This document shows, piece by piece, positions 27,548 to 33,898 of a stretch of 33,898 nucleotides of DNA; the stretch's first letter is position 1, and each line of letters starts with the position of its first letter. The stretch comes from Gemmatimonadaceae bacterium (GTDB taxonomy: Bacteria > Gemmatimonadota > Gemmatimonadetes > Gemmatimonadales > Gemmatimonadaceae). The stretch spans positions 29,919 through 63,816 of the forward strand of contig JBBDYA010000081.1 in NCBI GenBank assembly GCA_040902005.1. The letters are read 5' to 3'. The notes below the pieces were generated by a model that worked only from the letters and a program-made list of their open reading frames with translations, did not search any database and was not told where the DNA came from. The position numbers were made by a program, and so were the translations under genes.

Positions 27548-29983
27548 CTAATCGTGTCGCAACGCCGCGCTGGCATTGACTCGTGACGCAGTCCGCGCCG
27601 GGACATAGGAGGCGATCAGGGCCACCAACCCTACACTCAGGACAACGAGCCCGTATGTCACGGGATCGGCTGGGGAGACCTGATAGAGCAAGGTGCGCAT
27701 GAGCCGCGTCGCCAGCAACGCACCGAACACGCCGAGCGCTGCTCCCACGGCGGTCAACTGCATTCCTTGGCGCAGCACCAACCGTGACACCGAGCCCGAA
27801 GTCGCGCCCAGGGCCAGGCGTATGCCGAACTCGCGCGTGCGAAGCGCGACGGCGTGGCCGATTACGCCAAAGAGGCCGATCGCCGAAATTGCGATCGCCG
27901 ACAGCGCGAAGAATGTCATCATCCCGACGTTCAGCCGGATCGGGGCCAGGGCGCCGTTCTCGCGCTCAGTCAGCGGCTGCATGCGTGTGATGGCGAGGTC
28001 GGGGTCGAAGGCCCGGACCACTCGCCGCACGGACGCGGCCACGTCTGCGGGATCAGCCCGCGTGCGCAGGACAATTCCCGCGGTGACTCCCCCCGGCAGC
28101 TGCCGCATTAGACGCAGAACCTCCAGCGACGCGCCCGCGCTCACGCGGCCATACATCACGTTCCCGGAGACCCCGATGACGACGTGCGCCACCTTCCCGA
28201 TCATCAGCTCCTGTCCGATGGGATTCTCCCCCGGAAAGAGCGCGTCGGCCGCAGCCTGGTTCACGATCGCGACGCGCGGCGAGCCCGCGCGGTCAGTGGC
28301 ATTGAAAGCCCGCCCGCGCACCACGGGAATGCCCAGCACGTCGAAGTATCCGGTGGTGACCACTTGCCGCGGCACGCGGAACGAATCCGCGGACCTGGAC
28401 GGCAACCGTCGCTCCACTTGGTCGTAGACGGAGCGGTTGTCGTCGTACGGCAGCCTCAACGCGGCGGCAGCCCGTTCGACGCCTGGCAGCGCCTCGAGCT
28501 CGGCAACCAACCGATCCTGTCGCTCGGGATCACCGAAGCTGCGCCTGCTGTTGATGGCATCGTGCAGTCGAAACGCCAGCACCTGCCTGGCATCGAAGCC
28601 GGGATGCGTCGCATACATTCGCCGCGCGCTTCGCGTGAGCAAGACCGCCGCGCACAACAGGACGATGGCGAACGCCACCTGCGCCGCCACCAGCGCCTGG
28701 CGCAACCTCGCACTGCCGCTGGCCGCGGTTGCGCCGCGCGACGCGTCCCCCAGCTCGCTCACGAGGTCGGGGCGCGCGAGTCGGATGGCTGGCCACAGTC
28801 CGATGACGATGCCGGTGAGCACGCCCAGCGCGAGCGCCATCACGAGCATGCCAGCGTCCGGAGCGAGATGCGCAAGCTGCGGCTTGCTCGCGATCATTTC
28901 GGGAGACAGGGCGTTGCGCACCAGACGAAGCGCGACCGCCGCGATGACGGCACCGCCCGCGCCGCCGATGAGCGACAGGACCACCGTCTCGACCACCAGC
29001 TGCGCCGCGACGCGCGTACCGCTGGCGCCCAGGGCCGATCGTACCGCAAGCTCGCGCCGCCGCCCAACCAGGCGGGCGAGGAAGAGGCCGGCGAGATTGA
29101 TGCAGGCAATCAGCAACACGAATCCGACGGCCGTGAGAAAGATCCGCGCTTCGTCGCCGATTCCGGGATCATGCCATGTCAGGAACGGCACTGCGCCGAA
29201 CGTCTGATCCGGCATCGCGTCCGAATGCACCGCCGCCGTGCGCATGCCGAGCGCCCAGAGTTCAGCATGGGCCGTTTCGAACGCGACACCGTCGCGCAGC
29301 CGTCCCACGACCGCGTAATTCGGCCAACGACGTTCAGCGCCCAGCCGTGCATCCAGCACCAGCGGCGTCCACAGCTCGGTGGCTCGCGGGTACTCATGCG
29401 CCGCGGCGATCACCCCAACGATCGTATAGCTCTCTCCATCGAGAATCATCGGCCGCCCGATGACGCCGCTGTCGGCGTCGAACCGTGAACGCCAGGTTGC
29501 CTCGCTCAGCACGACGACGCGATCGCGGCCCGGCTGGCTGTCGGCCGGTACGATGGTTCGACCGAGCAGTGGAGGGATGCCCAGCGTGCGAAAGAAGTCG
29601 GAGCTGACCCGCCCGCCGGTAAGCAGGTCGCTGCGATCGGCGCCGCGATGGATGTAGGGCCAGTGTCCCACGAGCGAAACGCTCGACAGGCTGCGTGCCT
29701 CGTTCCGGATCGTGAGGTAGTTCCCGCTCGCCATGCCGCTGCATTCGGTGCACTTGGGTTCCTGCTGCCGGACGTAGACCAGCCGCTCGGGCGACTCGAA
29801 CGGCATGCCGGGCCGCGAAACCGTGCGGAAAATCGTCGCTACGGTTGTGCTGGCACCGATGCCGAGTGCGAGCGTGAGAATCGTCGCGGTGGCGAAGGCC
29901 GGGTTCTGCCGCAACTGGCGGAGAGCGTAAGAAACATCCTGCCGGAACATCTCCAGCCAACCCAGCCCGTGCGCCGTGCGCAT
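27548..29983 (-). CDS. Duplicated MacB/FtsX-type ABC permease, ADOP (acidobacterial duplicated orphan permease)-like
   Basis: QDVSYALRQL..NPAF...LTLALGIGA, VLLIACINLA, RRRELAVRSALGA, LRQALVAAQVA, RTREFGIRLALGA and ASYVPARTASRV; two periplasmic+FtsX repeats; no ATPase gene nearby. Confidence 0.9.
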   Translation of the reverse strand: MRTAHGLGWLEMFRQDVSYALRQLRQNPAFATATILTLALGIGASTTVATIFRTVSRPGMPFESPERLVYVRQQEPKCTECSGMASGNYLTIRNEARSLSSVSLVGHWPYIHRGADRSDLLTGGRVSSDFFRTLGIPPLLGRTIVPADSQPGRDRVVVLSEATWRSRFDADSGVIGRPMILDGESYTIVGVIAAAHEYPRATELWTPLVLDARLGAERRWPNYAVVGRLRDGVAFETAHAELWALGMRTAAVHSDAMPDQTFGAVPFLTWHDPGIGDEARIFLTAVGFVLLIACINLAGLFLARLVGRRRELAVRSALGASGTRVAAQLVVETVVLSLIGGAGGAVIAAVALRLVRNALSPEMIASKPQLAHLAPDAGMLVMALALGVLTGIVIGLWPAIRLARPDLVSELGDASRGATAASGSARLRQALVAAQVAFAIVLLCAAVLLTRSARRMYATHPGFDARQVLAFRLHDAINSRRSFGDPERQDRLVAELEALPGVERAAAALRLPYDDNRSVYDQVERRLPSRSADSFRVPRQVVTTGYFDVLGIPVVRGRAFNATDRAGSPRVAIVNQAAADALFPGENPIGQELMIGKVAHVVIGVSGNVMYGRVSAGASLEVLRLMRQLPGGVTAGIVLRTRADPADVAASVRRVVRAFDPDLAITRMQPLTERENGALAPIRLNVGMMTFFALSAIAISAIGLFGVIGHAVALRTREFGIRLALGATSGSVSRLVLRQGMQLTAVGAALGVFGALLATRLMRTLLYQVSPADPVTYGLVVLSVGLVALIASYVPARTASRVNASAALRHD

Positions 29984-30050
29984 GTGTCGTTCCTCGCCGT
30001 CAGAGCCGCCTCGCAGGAGAGTAGCCCCAGCGGCCGTCCGGCGCGAATGC

Positions 30051-30092
30051 CTACCAGAAGTTCTGGAGGTAGAACTTGATGCGCAGGACCAC
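30051..30092 (-). CDS. Candidate 13-aa micro-ORF (MVLRIKFYLQNFW), diverged copy of the FtsA C-terminal helix
   Basis: GTG 5 nt after the ftsA TGA; ends in TAG. Including the preceding Gly codon, 9/14 aa identical to the FtsA C-terminus. Translation not demonstrated. Confidence 0.4.
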   Translation of the reverse strand: MVLRIKFYLQNFW

Positions 30093-30097
30093 GCCCT

Positions 30098-31354
30098 TCA
30101 GCCCCAGAAATCCTGGAGCAAAAACTTGAGCCGATCGACCATCCCGCCCACGGCGCCGCTGCCGCGCAGGCGCCGTGCGGAGCCCCCAGCGCCCATCGCG
30201 ATCCGGCTTCCCCCGTACTGCACGAGCCCCACGGCGGTCGCGAAACGCGGGGCCTCCACCGAGTCCATCAGCCCCCCGAGATTCTCCGTGGGCACGCCCA
30301 CCCGCACCCCGGTGCCGAACACATCGCTCGCCAGCTCCGCGGACCCCATCATGGCGGCGGCGCCACCCGTGAGCACCACCCCGGCGCTGAGCTTGCCCGC
30401 GAAGCCCGCGGTGGAGATCTCGCGCTGCACCAGGTCGTAGACCTCATCCATGCGCTGGTGGATGATGTGCGCCAGCAGCTCGCGCGGAATCTGACGATCC
30501 CCCTGCGCCACGGTGCTCGGCAGCTGAATCACGTCGTTCGGGTCCACCATCGGCTCGTACGCGCAGCCATAGCGTTCCTTCAGCCGTTCCGCGTCCGCAC
30601 CGGTGACGCCCAACCCGTGCACGATGTCGCTGGTGACGTTGTTGCCGCCAAAGGAAATCGTGCCCAGGTGCCGGATTTTTCCCTCGAGGAAGATCGCGAG
30701 GTCCGTGGTGCCGGCGCCCATCTCGACGAGAGCCACCCCCAGCTCCTTCTCGTCCTCCGTGAGCACGGCGAGCGCACTGGCGAGGGGCTCCAGCACCAGC
30801 TCGCGCACGGTATACCCGGCGCGCTCCACCGACTTCCGGAGGTTCGCCGCGGGCGAGCTGCCGATGGTGACCAGGTACATCTCGGTCTCCAGCCGGGTGC
30901 CCGTCATGCCGATGGGATCGCGAATGCCCGTGTTCTTGTCGACCGTGTACTCCTGGGGAATGGCGTGCAGCAGCTCCCGTTCGGCCGGGATGGCCTGCGC
31001 GCGCGCGACCTCGTTGGCGCGGTCCACGTCGGACTTGTTGATCTCGTCGTGACTCACGGCGACGATGCCCTTGCTGGTCATTGAGGCTACGTGCTCGCCC
31101 GCGATGCCCGAGTACACGTCGTGCACCTGCACGCCGGCCATGCGCTCGGCATCCTGAATCGCCTTGCGGATGGAGCGGGTGGTCTCCTCGATGTCGGCGA
31201 CCACGCCGCGGCGCATGCCGGTGGTGCGCGCCTGCCCCACGCCAAGGATCTTGATGGACGGGCGCTTGGGCAGGTCGCCGACGACCTCGCCGATGATGGC
31301 GGTCGTCTTCGCGGAGCCGAGGTCGAGGCCGGCGACGAGGCGGTCGGGATTCAT
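30098..31354 (-). CDS. ftsA: Cell division protein FtsA
   Basis: GLDLGSAKT, GMRRGVV, DPIGMTG.RLE, VEMGAGTTD, AERLKERYG, VLTGGAA and C-terminal amphipathic MVDRLKFLLQDFW. Confidence 0.97.
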   Translation of the reverse strand: MNPDRLVAGLDLGSAKTTAIIGEVVGDLPKRPSIKILGVGQARTTGMRRGVVADIEETTRSIRKAIQDAERMAGVQVHDVYSGIAGEHVASMTSKGIVAVSHDEINKSDVDRANEVARAQAIPAERELLHAIPQEYTVDKNTGIRDPIGMTGTRLETEMYLVTIGSSPAANLRKSVERAGYTVRELVLEPLASALAVLTEDEKELGVALVEMGAGTTDLAIFLEGKIRHLGTISFGGNNVTSDIVHGLGVTGADAERLKERYGCAYEPMVDPNDVIQLPSTVAQGDRQIPRELLAHIIHQRMDEVYDLVQREISTAGFAGKLSAGVVLTGGAAAMMGSAELASDVFGTGVRVGVPTENLGGLMDSVEAPRFATAVGLVQYGGSRIAMGAGGSARRLRGSGAVGGMVDRLKFLLQDFWG

Positions 31355-32109
31355 GGGAGTCGAGCGATCACTTGGTCTCGGTAACGCAGGTCGAGTTCCG
31401 TGGGACGCAGCCCGCGGCGCGCCAAATCCTTCTCCACCGGCTCCAGGTCCGCAAGCCGCTGCAAGGTAATGCCTGCGAGGGCGCGCACGGAAAGTGAATC
31501 CAGCACCAGCACGATCTCACCCGCTCCCCCGGGACGCACTTCGCTCATTCGGTGGTACAGCGCCGGCGCCCGGATGCGCGCCTCGCTCAACAAATGCAAC
31601 ATCACGCTGTCCGGCCGCGCTAGTATGGGCGCGTCCACGTCCGCCCGCGCGGGATCGATCGGCAGCGCCACTCCGCGCACGTCGTAGGCCTGGAATCCCC
31701 TCCCCCCGGAGGCCGGCACCAGGGCCACCGGTACGTGCTCCGCCACCCGGATCACCAGCGTTCCCGGCAGCCGACGTCCGACGTCCACGTCGCGCACCAG
31801 CGGATGTGCCGCCACGCGCGCGTGCCATGGACCGGTGTCATCCCAGACCGATGCCAGCGTATCGACCTGCAGTCGGTCGACGATATCACGCGCGTCGAGG
31901 TAGCGGGCGCCCACCACTTCCACATGTCGCACGCGAAAGAACGCGAATTCCCGGAGGATCAGCGGTAGCCAGAGGGGGGACAGCAGGAGCACGAACGCGC
32001 CAGCCGCCACCGCCGCCGGCGCCAGCCACCGGCGCAGGTCACGGGCGCGTCGCGAGCCCTTCGGCCCTTTCTGCTCCGGCGTCGCGTCGTCGATCGGAGG
32101 CGGCGTCAC
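31351..32109 (-). CDS. ftsQ: Cell division protein FtsQ/DivIB
   Basis: Basic N-terminus, single TM, POTRA (FRVRHVEVVGARYL...RRLPGTLVIRVAE.VP), C-terminal LDLRYRDQVIAR. GTG 32109 overlaps the murC stop; lies between murC and ftsA. Confidence 0.9.
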   Translation of the reverse strand: MTPPPIDDATPEQKGPKGSRRARDLRRWLAPAAVAAGAFVLLLSPLWLPLILREFAFFRVRHVEVVGARYLDARDIVDRLQVDTLASVWDDTGPWHARVAAHPLVRDVDVGRRLPGTLVIRVAEHVPVALVPASGGRGFQAYDVRGVALPIDPARADVDAPILARPDSVMLHLLSEARIRAPALYHRMSEVRPGGAGEIVLVLDSLSVRALAGITLQRLADLEPVEKDLARRGLRPTELDLRYRDQVIARLP

Positions 32110-33497
32110 GCCAGGGGGCGCCGCAGGCGCGCGAGCAACTCGGGACCGGTGCGTGTGATGTCGCCGGCGCCCATGGTGATGACGACGTCCCCGGCCCGCG
32201 CGCCCGACGCGATCGCCTCGGCCAGCGCGTCGCGATCGCCGCGCCACGCGAGCTTCGCCCCCCCCCCCACCGCGCCGAAGGCGTCCGCGATCAGATCCGA
32301 GGTGACGCCGGCGATCGGCTGTTCGCGCGCCGCGTAGATCCCAGTGAGATAGACCACGTCCGCCGTGCACAACGAGCGGGCGAATTCGCCTGCGAAGTCT
32401 CGCGTGCGGGAATACAGGTGCGGTTGAAATGCCACCACCACGCGGCGGCCGGGATAGCAGGCGCGCGCCGCGGCGACCGACGCCGTGATCTCGGTGGGAT
32501 GATGCGCGTAATCGTCCACCACGGTGACGTCCGCCGCGTTGCCCAGGTGCTCGAATCGGCGCTGCACGCCCGCGACGTTCGCCAGCCCATACGCGAGTCC
32601 CTCGAAGGGCGCGCCGAGCGCGATCCCGGCGCCGATGGCGGCGAGCGCGTTGAGCACATTGTGCGTGCCCGCCACCTTGAGTGCCACGCCGCCAAGGAGC
32701 TTGCCATCGTACTCCACGGAAAAGCGCGCGCCGCCGTCCTCCACGCGCGGATTCAGCCCGCGGAGCCGCGCGCTGCCGGACGCAACGCCGTACCGGATCA
32801 CCTCGGCCGTGCTGGGCGTGGGGAGCGAGTCCGCGCCCGGGTCGTCGGCGCACAGGACGATGAACGGTGCGCCCGCGATGAACTGCGTGAACGCGCCGCG
32901 GATGGCCGCCAGATTCGTGTAGAGGTCCAGGTGGTCCGCCTCCACGTTGGTCACCACCGCGATGGTCGGCGACAGCGCGAGAAAGGAGCGGTCGTACTCG
33001 TCCGCCTCGGTCACGAACAGGCGCCCATCGCCCGTGCGCATGTTCCCGTTCCAGCGGGACACGCGCGCGCCCACGAGGGCCGTGGGGTTGCGCCCAGCGG
33101 ACGCGAGGGCCTCTGCCGTCATCACGGTGGTCGTGGACTTGCCGTGGGTGCCCGCGATGCCCACGAGTTCCGTGCCGGGGCCCGTGGTCACCTCGCCAAG
33201 CGCTTCCGCTCGGCGGACGACCGGAATCCCCGCGGCGCGCGCGGCCTCCAGCTCGGGGTGAGCCCTCGGGATTGCCGACGTCACGACCAGCGCGCGCGCG
33301 CCCGCAACGTGCGACACGTTATGCCCGTCGGCGATCTCGATTCCCAGCGCGCGAAGATCGTCCACCTGCTGCACGTGGGCGTCGCAGCCGGACACCTTCA
33401 CGCCGCGCCGAACGAACAGCTCCGCCAGCGCGCTCATGCCGGCGCCGGCGATGCCGACGAAGTGGACGGGACGCGGATCGCTCGGGTCAAGGAGCAC
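32106..33497 (-). CDS. murC: UDP-N-acetylmuramate--L-alanine ligase
   Basis: HFVGIAGAGMSALA, AGTHGKSTTT, EADEYDRSF, NVEADHLD, DDYAHHPTEI, FQPHLYSRT and MGAGDI. Start GTG 33497; the 105-codon ORF-track extension runs through repeats. Confidence 0.97.
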   Translation of the reverse strand: MLLDPSDPRPVHFVGIAGAGMSALAELFVRRGVKVSGCDAHVQQVDDLRALGIEIADGHNVSHVAGARALVVTSAIPRAHPELEAARAAGIPVVRRAEALGEVTTGPGTELVGIAGTHGKSTTTVMTAEALASAGRNPTALVGARVSRWNGNMRTGDGRLFVTEADEYDRSFLALSPTIAVVTNVEADHLDLYTNLAAIRGAFTQFIAGAPFIVLCADDPGADSLPTPSTAEVIRYGVASGSARLRGLNPRVEDGGARFSVEYDGKLLGGVALKVAGTHNVLNALAAIGAGIALGAPFEGLAYGLANVAGVQRRFEHLGNAADVTVVDDYAHHPTEITASVAAARACYPGRRVVVAFQPHLYSRTRDFAGEFARSLCTADVVYLTGIYAAREQPIAGVTSDLIADAFGAVGGGAKLAWRGDRDALAEAIASGARAGDVVITMGAGDITRTGPELLARLRRPLA

Positions 33498-33504
33498 GCG
33501 AGCA

Positions 33505-33599
33505 ATATAGTTCTTGGCGGGGTCCTGGTTCCCGGCCGGATATTGTTCTCGGCCGGATATTGTTCTCGGCCGGGGCCGCACACCGGATATTGTTCTCGG
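33505..33599 (+). repeat. 17-bp direct repeats CCGGATATTGTTCTCGG x3 plus one degenerate copy
   Basis: Exact copies at 33536-33552, 33553-33569 and 33583-33599; degenerate ATATAGTTCTTGGC at 33505-33518. Confidence 0.92.
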
Positions 33600-33605
33600 C
33601 CGGGG

Positions 33606-33856
33606 GGCGCGCTTCGCGCGCCGGTCGGCGGGCACACCATTCAAGGTCGTGCGCGCCGGAGACGCAGTAGCGCGGCGAACTCGCGCCGAACGGTCGCCAG
33701 GCCGGAATCCAGCGTGCGAACCCGATCCTCGCTCAGGAAGTCCAGGTCGCCACTGGTGATGAGCTGGTGCAGAGCTCCGTCGTGGAAGGGTGGCGTCATC
33801 CACCTTGAGCACAGGACCTTCGGGGTGTGCCCGCCGACCGGCGCGCGAAGCGCGCC
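33606..33856. repeat. 33-bp perfect inverted repeat (33606-33638 / 33824-33856), extendable imperfectly on both sides
   Basis: GGCGCGCTTCGCGCGCCGGTCGGCGGGCACACC and its exact reverse complement; inverted GCCGAGAAC copies at 33857 and 33890. Confidence 0.93.
33641..33799 (-). pseudogene. 52-aa ORF resembling the C-terminal half of a four-helix-bundle (23S rRNA IVS protein/TIGR02436-like) protein
   Basis: MTPPFHDGALHQLITSGDLDFLSEDRVRTLDSGLATVRREFAALLRLRRARP*; the pattern QL...DL.FL......L...L..VRR...AL matches my recollection of the family C-terminus; AAGGTGG precedes the ATG. Recognised by eye only. Confidence 0.5.
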
Positions 33857-33898
33857 GCCGAGAACTTATAGGCCCGCCGCAGGCGGGCCGCCGAGAAC

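Noticed and set aside
30051..30077. Overlapping palindromes (CCAGAA-G-TTCTGG; AAGTTCT...AGAACTT) as a terminator after ftsA
   Set aside because: Short, weak stems with no U-tract; better explained as a by-product of the duplicated coding sequence.
29984..30100. The permease ORF is in frame with ftsA, with only the ftsA TGA between them (possible read-through fusion)
   Set aside because: 38 stop-free codons are unremarkable at this GC, the linker has no protein-like character, and the permease has its own GAGGA RBS.
33536..33599. 17-bp repeats as a CRISPR array
   Set aside because: Repeats are too short, spacers are 0 and 13 nt, and no cas genes are present.
33498..33812. 105-aa N-terminal extension of MurC in the ORF track
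   Set aside because: It runs through DNA repeats and IR arms; the MurC fold starts at about GTG 33497, which has its own -10.
33606..33898. DGR or retron interpretation of the IR cassette
   Set aside because: No reverse transcriptase and no TR/VR pair with adenine-specific mismatches in the window; only loose analogies remain.

Overview
High-GC (about 70% by eye) bacterial chromosomal segment. Gene content and order suggest Gemmatimonadota (inference). It is mostly housekeeping genes on the minus strand: the tail of the dcw cluster (murC-ftsQ-ftsA-[ADOP-type permease]-ftsZ-M23 peptidase), a vWA-like membrane protein, ftsY-recG, asnS, and a long run alr-deoB-cdd-lipoprotein-OM barrel-REC/HK-mtaB-miaB-two unknown exported proteins-comEC-fbp-methylmalonyl-CoA mutase (which runs off the left edge). 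On the plus strand are mazG and a HAMP histidine kinase plus lipoprotein pair behind a sigma-54-like promoter. I saw no rRNA, tRNA, CRISPR or transposase. The most unusual signals lie in dcw intergenic spaces. (1) Directly after the ftsA stop is a diverged, codon-conserved second copy of the FtsA C-terminal membrane-targeting helix, either a 13-aa micro-ORF or a -1-frame extension. (2) An orphan ADOP-type permease splits ftsA from ftsZ, and ftsZ has its own promoter with dyad symmetry and a DnaA box. (3) Upstream of murC, a 33-bp perfect inverted repeat with GNA-triloop hairpins and 17-bp direct repeats encloses an unannotated 52-aa ORF resembling the C-terminal half of a four-helix-bundle (IVS/TIGR02436-like) protein; its core motif recurs in a second inverted-repeat element between mazG and asnS. 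All family calls come from motif recognition by eye; no searches were run.
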